Part shown: positions 37,454 to 47,972 of the stretch, one piece after another
Numbering within the stretch: the first letter of the stretch is position 1
How the letters are laid out: each line of letters starts with the position of its first letter
Source of the DNA: Candidatus Omnitrophota bacterium
GTDB taxonomy: Bacteria; Omnitrophota; Gorgyraeia; 2-01-FULL-45-10
Reading direction: 5' to 3'
Assembly (NCBI GenBank): GCA_041650935.1
Contig: JBAZKH010000003.1
Location: 101,269 to 165,268, forward strand
Length of the DNA stretch: 64,000 nucleotides
The notes under the pieces: generated by a model
What the model saw: only the letters and a program-made list of their open reading frames with translations
Database searches by the model: none
What the model was told of the DNA's origin: nothing
Translations under genes and position numbers: made by a program

Positions 37454-37696
37454 TCAATTCTTATCGATATTCTTAAGCCAGTCGGCGGTTGCGGTAAAGA
37501 ATGTCTGCTTATTTCCCGGCCTCTTGAACGGCCTGTCGAACATCGAAAAATAATCCGAAAGATGATTAAAGATGCTCTTTTTGTGCGCGGGACTCGCAGC
37601 GGCAGAAGCGCCGGATTGATCGCTATCTGCGGCAAATAGCGGCGCCGAAACCGCCAATATAACTATCGATATTAAGATAGGCATCATTTTTTTCAT
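37454..37696 (-). CDS. Small secreted protein
   Basis: 80 aa with a signal peptide (MKKMMPILISIVILAVSAPLFA). Confidence 0.45.
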   Translation of the reverse strand: MKKMMPILISIVILAVSAPLFAADSDQSGASAAASPAHKKSIFNHLSDYFSMFDRPFKRPGNKQTFFTATADWLKNIDKN

Positions 37697-37798
37697 TATC
37701 CACCTCCATTGGGATTTTGGATTTTATTTGTCCTTAATATATATAGCACAAAATATCGCCCTTGACAATCGGCGCATTTTTAATTATTGTAATATCTT

Positions 37799-39571
37799 AT
37801 GCACGCTTTAACACTCCTGATTACAAGTCTCCTTATATTCGCGCTCGCGTATCGCTACTATTCGAAGTTCATAGTCGCCAGGATACTGGTACTAAACGAC
37901 AAAACCCCGACCCCGGCCCATACGTTCAGGGACGGACGCGACTATCACCCCACAAATAAATACGTCTTATTCGGGCACCACTTCGCCGCCATATCGGGCG
38001 CAGGGCCCCTGGTCGGCCCCGTCCTCGCCGCGCAGTTCGGTTTCTTGCCGGGATTTTTATGGATCCTTATCGGCACCGTCCTCGGCGGAGCCGTTCACGA
38101 TACGGTAATACTCTTCGCTTCCGTCCGGACGAAAGGACTGTCGCTTACAAGGCTGGCGCGGAAGAATGTAAGCAAGACCGCGGGACTCACGACGGGCTTC
38201 GCCGTCTTATTCATCATAATCACCGCCCTGGCAGGACTTGCGCTCGTCGTCGTAAATGCTTTGAGCGAAAGTTCCTGGGCCACCTTTACGATCGTAATGA
38301 CCGTACCCGCCGCCCTCATCGTGGCGCTCTATATGTATAAATTACGTCCGGGCAAAATAGTAGAAGCGTCTTTGATCGGTGTGGCGATAGTGCTAGCCGG
38401 CGTCGTGGCCGGTGAGCCTTTATCGAAGACGGCCTTCGGGCAGTACTTCCTATTGTCTAAATCCGCGCTGTCGATAATCCTTCCTATCTACGGCTTCATC
38501 GCCTCGACGCTGCCGGTGTGGCTGCTCCTGTGTCCCAGGGACTACTTAAGTTCCTATATGAAATTGGGGACGATAGCGCTTTTGGCAATAGGTATATTCC
38601 TGGTCAACCCCGTCTTGCGCATGCCGGCCGTCACCTCATTTATACACGGCGGCGGACCGATAATCCCGGGAAAGGTCTGGCCCTTCGTCTGTATAACGAT
38701 CGCCTGCGGCGCCATAAGCGGCTTCCATTCGCTCGTCGCTTCCGGCACCACGCCCAAGATGATAAACAAAGAGTCCGACATCCGCATGATAGGCTTCGGC
38801 GCAATGCTTATAGAATCGCTCGTATCGATAATGGCGCTCATAGCAGCCACCGTCCTGCTGCCCGGAGATTACTTCGCAATAAATATCCCGGCCGACCTTT
38901 TTCAAAAGCTCGGGCTCCAGACGAACCAACTTGCGTCTATAGAACAGATGACCGGCGAAGCGCTGTCCGGCAGGGCCGGAGGCGCCGTATCGCTTGCCGC
39001 CGGGATGTCGCTCATCCTCTCCTCCATCCCGGGTATGAAAGGCCTTATGGGCTACTGGTACCATTTCGCAATAATGTTCGAGGCGCTCTTCATACTCACG
39101 ACGGTAGATACCGGGACGAGGGTAGCGCGGTACATCTTCCAGGAACTGCTCATGCACGTAAATCCGCGGATAGGAAGGAGTAAAAAACTGCCGGTCATTA
39201 TAATAACCGGGGCTATAATCAGCTGCCTCTGGGGATACCTCGTCTACAACGGCGAGGTTTCGACTATCTGGCCGATGTTCGGGGTGGCAAACCAGCTGCT
39301 TGCAACAGTCGCCCTTCTCATCGGAACGGTTTACATACTCAAACATACCGGCAAATGGTACTACGGCCTCGTCACGTTTATGCCGGCCGTCTTCATGTTC
39401 GCCACCACCATCACAGCCGGCATAATGAACATAACCGGCAACTATCTGCCGAAACACACGTTCCAGGGGAACCTAAACGCATGGCTCTGCCTTATAATGA
39501 TAGTCCTGGTAATAGTGATAACAGCCGAATCGCTTAAGAAGATATATAGCATAAGGAAACAAATACGATGA
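37799..39571 (+). CDS. cstA: Carbon starvation protein A (peptide/pyruvate transporter family)
   Basis: 590 aa with the typical CstA N-terminal conserved region (FGHHFAAISGAGPLVGPVLAAQFG...). Confidence 0.85.
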   Translation: MHALTLLITSLLIFALAYRYYSKFIVARILVLNDKTPTPAHTFRDGRDYHPTNKYVLFGHHFAAISGAGPLVGPVLAAQFGFLPGFLWILIGTVLGGAVHDTVILFASVRTKGLSLTRLARKNVSKTAGLTTGFAVLFIIITALAGLALVVVNALSESSWATFTIVMTVPAALIVALYMYKLRPGKIVEASLIGVAIVLAGVVAGEPLSKTAFGQYFLLSKSALSIILPIYGFIASTLPVWLLLCPRDYLSSYMKLGTIALLAIGIFLVNPVLRMPAVTSFIHGGGPIIPGKVWPFVCITIACGAISGFHSLVASGTTPKMINKESDIRMIGFGAMLIESLVSIMALIAATVLLPGDYFAINIPADLFQKLGLQTNQLASIEQMTGEALSGRAGGAVSLAAGMSLILSSIPGMKGLMGYWYHFAIMFEALFILTTVDTGTRVARYIFQELLMHVNPRIGRSKKLPVIIITGAIISCLWGYLVYNGEVSTIWPMFGVANQLLATVALLIGTVYILKHTGKWYYGLVTFMPAVFMFATTITAGIMNITGNYLPKHTFQGNLNAWLCLIMIVLVIVITAESLKKIYSIRKQIR

Positions 39572-39584
39572 AAGAAGGCGCGGA

Positions 39585-40325
39585 ATGAAGATACGTATCC
39601 TGGGAACGAACGGCTGGTTCGACACCGCGATCGCCAATACAGTATGCATACTCATTGAGACAAATGAATGTTACATAATACTCGATGCCGGCGGCGGATT
39701 CCATAAGGCAAGAGAGTATATAAAGGCGGACCGGCCGGTCTATCTATTCATAAGCCATCTGCACCTCGATCATATAATCGGACTTCACACCCTTCCGCTA
39801 TTCAAGGTACCTCAGGGAATAGATATCTATCTGCCCGGAGGCATGGCGGCGCCGCTAAAGACTTTCCTGGATAAGCCCTACACTTCGTCTGTCGATACAC
39901 TCGCCTCTCCGGTAAGGATACACGAGATAGATACCGAGAAGCCGCCCAGACTCGCGGTCGATTTTGGACAACTTTGCCACTGGACCCTCTGTTACGGGTA
40001 CCGGTTTAACCTGGAAGGCAGGATAATCTCTTATTGTACGGATACGGGTATCTGCGACGAACTACGCATTCTCGCAAAAGACTGCGACCTCCTTATAACA
40101 GAATGCTCGTTCAAGCCCGGAGAGGATGTCAGCAAAACCCTCCATCTTAATCCGGAAGCGGCGGCAGAGATCGCTAAAGAGTGCGGGGTAAAAAAACTCG
40201 GCCTCATCCATTTCGATGCGGGACGTTATCCCGCCTTAAAAGACAGGGCCCTGGCCGAGAAGACAGCTGTAAAGATATTTCCGAATACTTTCGCGGCGTT
40301 CGACGGGCAGGAAGTCAAACTGTAG
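39585..40325 (+). CDS. MBL-fold metallo-hydrolase (RNase Z/phnP-like)
   Basis: HLHLDH metal-binding motif (SHLHLDHIIG). Confidence 0.75.
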   Translation: MKIRILGTNGWFDTAIANTVCILIETNECYIILDAGGGFHKAREYIKADRPVYLFISHLHLDHIIGLHTLPLFKVPQGIDIYLPGGMAAPLKTFLDKPYTSSVDTLASPVRIHEIDTEKPPRLAVDFGQLCHWTLCYGYRFNLEGRIISYCTDTGICDELRILAKDCDLLITECSFKPGEDVSKTLHLNPEAAAEIAKECGVKKLGLIHFDAGRYPALKDRALAEKTAVKIFPNTFAAFDGQEVKL

Positions 40326-40353
40326 AAAAGCAGCAGCGGGTAGTGAGCGCTTA

Positions 40354-40878
40354 TTACTTTTTAAGGAATGCGAGCAGATGTTCTATTATGGTAATTGGAT
40401 CGGGCGGGCATCCCGGTATGTGCGCCGATACCGGTATTATATTTTTAACACCGCCTGCGACATAGTAAGCGCTCCTGAATAACCCTCCGCCTAAGGCACA
40501 ATCACCAAGCGTTATTACATATTTCGGCTCCGGTATTGCGTCGTAAGTCTTTTTGAGCGCAAGCGCCATATTTTTGGAGACCGGCCCCGTAACTAAAAGA
40601 GCGTCCGCGTGCCTGGGTGAGGCGACAAAATCGACGCCAAACCTCTGAATGTCATACACCGGGTTCGTCGCTGCGATGATCTCGGACTCGCAACCGCCGC
40701 AGGAACCGGTATCGAGGGCGCGGATATGAAAGGACCTGCCGAATTGCTTACAGACCAGCTCTTTAAACTCGCTCCCAAGCGCCTCCAAATCCGCCGGCTT
40801 TTGGCGCATCGCATCCGGTAAGGATCTTGTCACGACGCCTTTGGATAACCTGTTCTTTATTATCCTGAATATGCTCAT
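40354..40878 (-). CDS. NuoB/hydrogenase small-subunit-like [4Fe-4S] protein of the Ehr-like/FHL-like complex
   Basis: CGGCESE, GDCALGGG and IPGCPP, the four Cys ligands of the N2-type cluster. Confidence 0.85.
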   Translation of the reverse strand: MSIFRIIKNRLSKGVVTRSLPDAMRQKPADLEALGSEFKELVCKQFGRSFHIRALDTGSCGGCESEIIAATNPVYDIQRFGVDFVASPRHADALLVTGPVSKNMALALKKTYDAIPEPKYVITLGDCALGGGLFRSAYYVAGGVKNIIPVSAHIPGCPPDPITIIEHLLAFLKK

Positions 40879-42467
40879 AGATCATTCCCTGAATAAGATA
40901 GATCGAAGCTCTTATTGCATAACGGAAAATCGGGTATTATGTTGCCCAGGACGGCAAACGAAAGCGCTTCCCAGTTATGGAAAGACGGGTCGACGATCTT
41001 GCATCTTTCGATAAGACCCCCATCATCGATTTCGACCCAATAGAGTGTCGCGCCGCGCCAGCCTTCCGAGTATCCGAGGGCGGCGCCGGACTTAAACGGA
41101 GGTATCGAACCTGCGCATGCCGCTTTTGAGGAAAGCTCATCCCAGTCGATAAGCTGCGCTATGATCCTGGCAGATTCTTCAAATTCCGCTATCCGGAGAT
41201 TGAGCCTCGCAAGAACGTCGCCGGCCGACTCCTTTGCCGCGTTAAACCGGATCCTGTTATATATACCTGCAGGAAAATCCTTACGTATATCCATCGATAT
41301 GCCGCTCGCCCTGGCCGCGGGGCCGACTACGCCCAGGTCCTCGGCCGTCCGCTTCTTTAATATACCCGTTCCGTCAACCCTATCCATGAACGAAACGCTG
41401 TTATAGAGCATCGCTTTTAACTTAGCGAAATCTTTCGAAATAATGTCAAGGGATCCGCGAAGGTTTGCCGCATCTCCGCTCGTCAAGTTTTTGCATACAC
41501 CGCCTATCCTGTTCATGCCCTTAAGATACCTGCTGCCGGTAAGGGCCCGGTTCATGGCAAGCATAGACTCTTTTATCACGGATGCATATGCAGACGGAAA
41601 GCTAAAACCCACATCTACAGCCATACCGCCTATATCCGCCGCATGATTATACATCCTCTCCAGTTCCAGCATTATTGCCCTGGCGGCCGCGGCATCCTCC
41701 GGGATGTTTATCCCGCAAATCTTCTCGACGGCGCGGCAGAACGCAAGACTATGGCCGAAACAAGAATCACCGCTCACGCATTCGGCGATCTTCACGGCCT
41801 CGGAGACGCATATCCCTTCCAGCAGTTTTTCGATGCCCCTGTGGGTGAAGCCGAGCCGCTCCTCCATGTTTATGATCGGCTCGCCGGCAGCGCTGAACCG
41901 GAAATGGCCGGGACCGATGATGCCCGCGTGGACGGGCCCGACGGGCACTTCGAATATCCCTTCGCCCTCTATCCTGTTGAATTTGTATTCACCGGACGGC
42001 GGCTTACCCGCTCGAGCGGCGGAAAAGTCTTTCCTTAAAGGATACGCCCCTTCCGGCCATACCTCGTCGTGAAGCTTGAGCCTGCGGCTATCGGGATTCC
42101 CATCCGGGGTTATACCGAACATCTCTTTTATCTCGCGCTCGAAGAGGCTCGCCGAATAGATATCTTTCGACAGGCTGTCGAAGCGCGGGTTATCGCCGCC
42201 GATATCGGCGCAGACTATTACCCATCTCCTGTATTTGGCCGACATGAAGACACATTTCAGCGTAAATACTCCTCTTGACTTTCTTTCATCGGAAGCGAAG
42301 AAAGCCATCACCGGCGATTTCAGCGTCCTGTGCAGTTCAAGGCAGGTCTCCTTAAAGTTTTCCAAAGCTACCTTTATGCGGACCTCGTCGCCGTATAATT
42401 CCGTCATCACGCCGGCCGGCATATTCCGCTTCTCCAGGATATCTTTAAAGATAAGCTTGGGATCCAT
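40875..42467 (-). CDS. Fused NuoC-NuoD / HycE-like large subunit, apparently lacking a complete NiFe ligand set
   Basis: An N-terminal 30-kDa-subunit-like domain is followed by a 49-kDa-subunit-like domain (GPVHAGIIGPGHFRF...GFTHRGIEKL). The L1 site reads ECVSGDSCFGHS instead of RxCGxCxxxH. The C-terminal L2 site reads VDPSFHNW instead of DPCxxCxxH. Confidence 0.8.
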   Translation of the reverse strand: MDPKLIFKDILEKRNMPAGVMTELYGDEVRIKVALENFKETCLELHRTLKSPVMAFFASDERKSRGVFTLKCVFMSAKYRRWVIVCADIGGDNPRFDSLSKDIYSASLFEREIKEMFGITPDGNPDSRRLKLHDEVWPEGAYPLRKDFSAARAGKPPSGEYKFNRIEGEGIFEVPVGPVHAGIIGPGHFRFSAAGEPIINMEERLGFTHRGIEKLLEGICVSEAVKIAECVSGDSCFGHSLAFCRAVEKICGINIPEDAAAARAIMLELERMYNHAADIGGMAVDVGFSFPSAYASVIKESMLAMNRALTGSRYLKGMNRIGGVCKNLTSGDAANLRGSLDIISKDFAKLKAMLYNSVSFMDRVDGTGILKKRTAEDLGVVGPAARASGISMDIRKDFPAGIYNRIRFNAAKESAGDVLARLNLRIAEFEESARIIAQLIDWDELSSKAACAGSIPPFKSGAALGYSEGWRGATLYWVEIDDGGLIERCKIVDPSFHNWEALSFAVLGNIIPDFPLCNKSFDLSYSGNDL

Positions 42468-42468
42468 G

Positions 42469-43929
42469 TCATGCGCCCTTCAGTATCTCTGTCGCCGAAA
42501 CTATGGCACCGTTAAGTAACGACGGCACCTTAAGGCCCATCACGCATATCAATACTAAGAGAAATATAAATACTATCTTCCCGCTAAGAGGTTCGCCCGA
42601 GACCGTCATCTTTTCCGGGGGCCGGCCGAATATGATCTTGCTCAGATGGAATATGATCCCGCCGAAGATAACGGGAATAAATAAGAGCAGCAGCGCCGAC
42701 GTAAAATACGCGCCTTTGGTAAAAGCGGATATGATTATTATGATTTCGCTTAAAAATATGGAAAAAGGCGGCGAGCCCACAAGCGCAAAGCCCGCTATGA
42801 TAACGACCGTGCCTATAAACGGCATCGTCTTTATTACGCCCCTTATCATATTCATATTATTCGTCTTATATTTCTTCACTATCTTTCCGGCGCCGAAGAA
42901 AATGATCGATTTCGTCATCGCGTGATTAAATACGTGGAGGAGCGCGCCGTAAATCCCCATGACGCCGCCGATCCCGAGCCCTATGCAGACTATCCCTATG
43001 TGCTCTATGCTGCTGTATGCGAAGAGCCTCTTCAGGTCCTTCTGCGCCAGTATAAAACCCGCCGACACCACAAGCGACAGGCAGCCGAAGAATATCAAAA
43101 GATTCGAAACATACGCGGAGCCCGCGCACCTGTTCACTATCACGGCAAACCTCAGGACCGCGTAGATCGCCGTCTTGAGCAATACTCCCGAAAGGAGCGC
43201 GCTTATCGGCGAGAGCGCCTGGCTGTGCGCATCGGGCAGCCATGTATGCATCGGCACGAGCCCGGCCTTCGTTCCGTAACCCACCAGTATGAAGAGGAAC
43301 GCCGTCTTTATCAGCCGGGGGTCGAGCCGGGACGCAACGGAGAGCATGCCGGTCCAATCAAGGGTCCGGACACCGCCATGCATGGCAATGGCATAGTAAA
43401 ATAGTATCGTACCGAAAAGCGCCAGCGTTATACCGACCGAGCAGATTATGATATATTTCCATGCGGCCTCGACAGAAGGCTTATCGTTATGAAAACCTAC
43501 GAGGAACGCGGAGACTAGCGTCGTCATCTCTATGGCAACCCAGACAAGCCCCATGTTGTTCAGGACCACTACCAGGAACATCGAAAGCGCAAAGAGATTG
43601 AATAGCGCGTAATAGGTCTTGAGCTTCCTTAAAGATATCGTGCCGGCGGCGAAATCGAGCGCCATGTAATCTATGGAATATAATGATGCCGCAAGGTCGA
43701 CGACCGAAATGGTAAGAAGAAAGAAGGCGCTCAGGGCGTCTATATAAAGAAAGCTGCCTATGGCGATGACCGATTTGGCGGTTACGACAGAATAGGTTAT
43801 TTTGAGGCTTATAAGCGCCGCCGCGAGATGGCCCGAAAAATTTATAACGCCCAGGCCTTTTGCATTATTGACAAAAGGCGCGATCGCGGCAAGCGCCAAA
43901 ATTATACCCAGTATAACCAGTATCTCCAT
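42469..43929 (-). CDS. Antiporter-like membrane subunit (NuoN/NuoM/HyfF/MrpD family)
   Basis: 486 aa, about 14 TM helices, with the WLPDAHSQA motif. Confidence 0.85.
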   Translation of the reverse strand: MEILVILGIILALAAIAPFVNNAKGLGVINFSGHLAAALISLKITYSVVTAKSVIAIGSFLYIDALSAFFLLTISVVDLAASLYSIDYMALDFAAGTISLRKLKTYYALFNLFALSMFLVVVLNNMGLVWVAIEMTTLVSAFLVGFHNDKPSVEAAWKYIIICSVGITLALFGTILFYYAIAMHGGVRTLDWTGMLSVASRLDPRLIKTAFLFILVGYGTKAGLVPMHTWLPDAHSQALSPISALLSGVLLKTAIYAVLRFAVIVNRCAGSAYVSNLLIFFGCLSLVVSAGFILAQKDLKRLFAYSSIEHIGIVCIGLGIGGVMGIYGALLHVFNHAMTKSIIFFGAGKIVKKYKTNNMNMIRGVIKTMPFIGTVVIIAGFALVGSPPFSIFLSEIIIIISAFTKGAYFTSALLLLFIPVIFGGIIFHLSKIIFGRPPEKMTVSGEPLSGKIVFIFLLVLICVMGLKVPSLLNGAIVSATEILKGA

Positions 43930-43941
43930 ATCCGGCCTTCT

Positions 43942-44580
43942 CTACCCTTTCAACTCCCTCATCTTATTGACGTCTATATGAGTAAATACCTTGTTGATTT
44001 TGTAAACGAACATCCCCAGTATGATAACGCATACAAATACGTCGAAGAATATCGCGATCTCTACGAAGAACGGCATACCCCCCGAAACGGACGACGCCAC
44101 CAGAAACAGGCCGTTCTCCATTACAAGGAGCCCCACTATCTGCGAGACCGCTTTCATCCTTGAGACCATCATGAATAATCCTATAAGGGTGACCGAAAGA
44201 GATATGATAACCGCCTCTCCCTGCGCGCGGTCCGCCAGCGGCATGCGGCCGGTGAAAAGATACGAAATATACGTAAGAAGGATCGCTATAAATATGGAGA
44301 CGGTGGGGTTTACGAACAATCCCGCAGTCCCTTCCGTCCGTATCCTCTTCACCATCCTCGACAATATATAAGGTATGGCTATGACCTTTACCGACAAAAG
44401 GAGGAACGCGATTATATAGATTTCGGCATCCCCCGCCCTGACGGCCATATAAAGCGTCGCGAGGAAAAGGAAGAACGATTGCGCGCGAAACGCGCCTATT
44501 ATGGCATCCAGCCTTTTGGCGGCTACAAGCGCAAATGCCATAAAGAGAATGCCTGTCAGGAATAATTGCATTATATCCAT
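43942..44580 (-). CDS. HyfE-like small membrane subunit of FHL/hydrogenase-4-type complexes
   Basis: About 212 aa with about 6 TM helices. The internal Met (MDIMQLF) was chosen as the start to avoid overlap with the upstream gene. Confidence 0.6.
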   Translation of the reverse strand: MDIMQLFLTGILFMAFALVAAKRLDAIIGAFRAQSFFLFLATLYMAVRAGDAEIYIIAFLLLSVKVIAIPYILSRMVKRIRTEGTAGLFVNPTVSIFIAILLTYISYLFTGRMPLADRAQGEAVIISLSVTLIGLFMMVSRMKAVSQIVGLLVMENGLFLVASSVSGGMPFFVEIAIFFDVFVCVIILGMFVYKINKVFTHIDVNKMRELKG

Positions 44581-44581
44581 G

Positions 44582-45457
44582 CTATAACCCCACCGCCGAG
44601 ATAACAAGCGCCGCCATCGCCAGGACGAACGCAAAGCTTAAGAAATCGACGGCCCTGAAGAGCCGCATCTTTGCCACCGAGACCTCGATGAGCGCCGCCA
44701 TAACGGATATTATCAATACCTTTACCGCCAGCCCCCATACGGGAAAGACCACGTTTGCCAGGATGACGAAAAAGACCATCTGCTTAATCTGCGATGCAAG
44801 CTCGATAAGCGCAAGGGACCTGCCCGAATATTCCAGCACCATCGCCTCATGTATCATCGTAAGTTCAAGGTGCGTCTCCTGGTTATCGACGGGCACTCTC
44901 GAAGTCTCCGCCAGCACCGCCATAATAAGCGAAACGCCCGCCACAATGGAAGAAAACCGGATCGAGTGGTGGCTGTATATAACGGCAGGATTTGTGGAAG
45001 CGAAATTGGCGCAGACGGCGAATATCGCAGTAAGTATTACGGGTTCGACGAGGCTCGATATAAACATCTCCCGCGATGAACCCATCCCCCCGAATGCACT
45101 TGCCGTATCGAGGCCCGCGAGCGCCAGGAAGAAACGGCCGAGCGCCATCAGGAATATTATCGCAAGAAGCTCCCCCATATAATTGAACGGGTTTGCCGCG
45201 CCGGATACGGGCAGAAGGAAGAGCGCCAGCGCGCAGGATGTAAAGACGACATACGGCGTAATGGTAAATATCCAGGACCTGTTTTCGGATACGACTTCCG
45301 CCTTGCCGAATAATTTGGCCAGATTGTAATACGGCTGGAGTATGCCGGGCCCGCGGCGCATCCTTATATTATTCTTTATCTTACTGATAATACCGCTTAC
45401 AAGAGGCGCCGCCAGTATAAGCAGAATAACCTGGGCTGTTATAATTAAGAATTTCAT
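44582..45457 (-). CDS. NuoH/HycD/HyfC-like membrane subunit
   Basis: 291 aa with 8 TM helices, in the complex I subunit 1 family. Confidence 0.8.
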   Translation of the reverse strand: MKFLIITAQVILLILAAPLVSGIISKIKNNIRMRRGPGILQPYYNLAKLFGKAEVVSENRSWIFTITPYVVFTSCALALFLLPVSGAANPFNYMGELLAIIFLMALGRFFLALAGLDTASAFGGMGSSREMFISSLVEPVILTAIFAVCANFASTNPAVIYSHHSIRFSSIVAGVSLIMAVLAETSRVPVDNQETHLELTMIHEAMVLEYSGRSLALIELASQIKQMVFFVILANVVFPVWGLAVKVLIISVMAALIEVSVAKMRLFRAVDFLSFAFVLAMAALVISAVGL

Positions 45458-45461
45458 AATT

Positions 45462-47303
45462 TTAAAACCTGCTCATGAAAATTATAAGCGCAATCATGGT
45501 TATGAATATATAGGCTATATATAGATGGATACTGCCGGACTGCATCCGTTTCAGGGTGTCGGATATCTTAAAGACGGCGCGCAGGATAGGTTCATATATA
45601 TATTCCTTGAAGAGGAGCGTCGTATAGACCTCATACTTAAAAGACTTCACATGATAGAACGATTCGCGGATCTTTTCCGTCTTACGGTACGGCTTAAGGA
45701 AGAAGTTGAACGCTATCCTGAAAGGCTTGGAAAACGCGGTGGCCGTATATTCCGTCCTGGAATCGAGCTTGTAATAACCGCAGTCCCACGTCCTGTTTAC
45801 CGCGCGCCGCGGCGCGCCCGCTAAAAGATATACGGTTAAGACCGTTATCCCGGCGATCGCCAGAAGGGCGAGCGCGATCAAAGACGGCGAAAGATATGCG
45901 CCGGAAGAAACCGGGGGCATAATAATAAAACCGTTAAAGGTAAATGCGATCTGCGACGTATCGATTGCCAAAATACTCCCGGAGACGCAGACTAAAACCT
46001 TTAATATGAACGGCGCCGCAAGCCCGAAGACCACCGCAAGTATGGCAAGAAAAATCATCGCGAGCTTCATGGAAAACGGGGACTCTTTTGCCTCATGCGC
46101 GCTCTGGGACCTCGGCATGGCGAGAAACGTTATGCCGAACGCCTTGACAAAACACGCCGCCGCGAGCCCGCTCGTCAAGGCCAGGACGCCTGCCAATAGC
46201 CCCATGAATATTTTTATCCCGGCCGCGCCGCTTATTACACCGGTGAAAAATGCCTGGAACGTCAGCCACTCGCTCACGAAGCCGTTTAAGGGCGGCAGGG
46301 CCGATATGGCCATCGCCCCGATCAGGAATGAAACAGCCGTAACCGGCATCGTTTTGATGAGCCCGCCCATCCGCTCCATATTGCGCCTGCCGGTAGCCTT
46401 GTAGACGCTCCCCGCCGAGAGGAAGAGCAGCCCTTTGAATATCGAGTGGTTAATAAGGTGGTATAGTCCTGCCGCCATGGCTAATACGGCGGCGGCGGGC
46501 ATCTGCAGTTTAAGGAACAAAACCGAAGCTCCGACGCCTAAAAGTATTATGCCGATATTCTCGACGCTATGGTAAGCGAGCAGTTTCTTTATGTCGTGTT
46601 CCATGAGGGCATATATGACGCCGACCAGACACGAGATGGCGGCTATTACAAGGACGGTACCGCCCCACCACGCTGCCTGGACACCGATTATCATTACCGT
46701 AAATCTTATGAAAGCGTATATAGCCGTCTTTATCATGACACCCGACATGATGCTGGATATGTGGCTGGGCGCCTGCGGATGCGCATACGGCAGCCAAACA
46801 TGCAGGGGTACTATACCGGCCTTGGTCCCGAAACCGCCAAGGAATAACAGGAAGGCGAGGTTTTTCGCTCCGGGCGACATCGCCGGGCACGCGGCTTTCA
46901 TCGCCGCGAAGTCGAACGAATGCGAGTAACCGAATATGATCAGGATGGCCGCAATGATAAAAGCCGTCCCTATATGCGTCATGACGATGTATATCGTGCC
47001 GGCCTGGATAGAACGGTCGTGTTCACTGTCGAATATAACGAGAAAATACGACGCCAGCGACATCAGTTCCCATACGATTATAAACGAGAAGGCGTTCTTT
47101 ACGGTAACTACCAGAGACATCGAAAGGACGAACAAGGCAAGGATCGCCCATCCCAGGACTATCCTCCGGCGCGTATATTGATTCTTCAGGTACCCGATCG
47201 AATAGACGGCCGAGGGCAGCGACACTACGGCTATTACGGCCAGAAAGAAGACCGATAAAGGATCGAACGATAATGTGAAGATGCTGTTGATAAGATATCC
47301 CAT
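45462..47303 (-). CDS. NuoL/HyfB/HycC-like antiporter-type membrane subunit
   Basis: 613 aa with the WLPYAHPQAPSHISS motif. It is the first gene of the operon. Confidence 0.85.
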   Translation of the reverse strand: MGYLINSIFTLSFDPLSVFFLAVIAVVSLPSAVYSIGYLKNQYTRRRIVLGWAILALFVLSMSLVVTVKNAFSFIIVWELMSLASYFLVIFDSEHDRSIQAGTIYIVMTHIGTAFIIAAILIIFGYSHSFDFAAMKAACPAMSPGAKNLAFLLFLGGFGTKAGIVPLHVWLPYAHPQAPSHISSIMSGVMIKTAIYAFIRFTVMIIGVQAAWWGGTVLVIAAISCLVGVIYALMEHDIKKLLAYHSVENIGIILLGVGASVLFLKLQMPAAAVLAMAAGLYHLINHSIFKGLLFLSAGSVYKATGRRNMERMGGLIKTMPVTAVSFLIGAMAISALPPLNGFVSEWLTFQAFFTGVISGAAGIKIFMGLLAGVLALTSGLAAACFVKAFGITFLAMPRSQSAHEAKESPFSMKLAMIFLAILAVVFGLAAPFILKVLVCVSGSILAIDTSQIAFTFNGFIIMPPVSSGAYLSPSLIALALLAIAGITVLTVYLLAGAPRRAVNRTWDCGYYKLDSRTEYTATAFSKPFRIAFNFFLKPYRKTEKIRESFYHVKSFKYEVYTTLLFKEYIYEPILRAVFKISDTLKRMQSGSIHLYIAYIFITMIALIIFMSRF

Positions 47304-47551
47304 TTAACAATCTGGTTTTGCTACGGGATAGGAGGGCTTAAGCGGTAAAACGATAAGCGGTAAGACATTTCGCGAGTCTCTCTATCTTAGCTACGCCATT
47401 CAAATTCTACTTTGCTCTTATATGCCCAAACACTGGCAGAGCTTCGTAGAAATTCCTGCAAAGCCATATCTTAAGTAAAACTGCTGAATGGCGTAGCAGA
47501 AGTTGTAATTAATTATAAGCTGAATCCTGCCGGTATGTCAAATATTTTACT

Positions 47552-47935
47552 CTACTTCTTGGAATCGTACTTATCGAGCACTTTTTTTATATCGTAGAGA
47601 AGCTCTTCGGAATCGAAAGGTTTGCTTATAAAATAAGTAACGCCGCTCTTCAGGCTCTTCGCCACGACATCCTGGCCCATCAGCGCAGTCACCATTATAA
47701 CGGGGATATCCTTCGTCTTATCATTCTCTTTCAGATGTTTCACTACTTCGAAACCGCTCTTCCCGGGGAGCAGTATGTCCATAAGTATAAGGTCGGGTAT
47801 ATCGTCTTCCGCCTTCTTGAGACAATCCTCCCCATTAACGGCGGTAACTACCACATAGCCATTCGACACCAGCCTGGCCCGGATTATCTCCAGCATATAC
47901 GGCTCGTCGTCGACCACTAGAATCTTCTTGGCCAT
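47552..47935 (-). CDS. Single-domain response regulator (CheY-like receiver)
   Basis: 127 aa: ILVVDDEP...DLILMDILLPG...VIMVTAL...K. Confidence 0.85.
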   Translation of the reverse strand: MAKKILVVDDEPYMLEIIRARLVSNGYVVVTAVNGEDCLKKAEDDIPDLILMDILLPGKSGFEVVKHLKENDKTKDIPVIMVTALMGQDVVAKSLKSGVTYFISKPFDSEELLYDIKKVLDKYDSKK

Positions 47936-47972
47936 TTTGCACTCCTTCGTTTTTGGTACTTGCCGCTATAAC

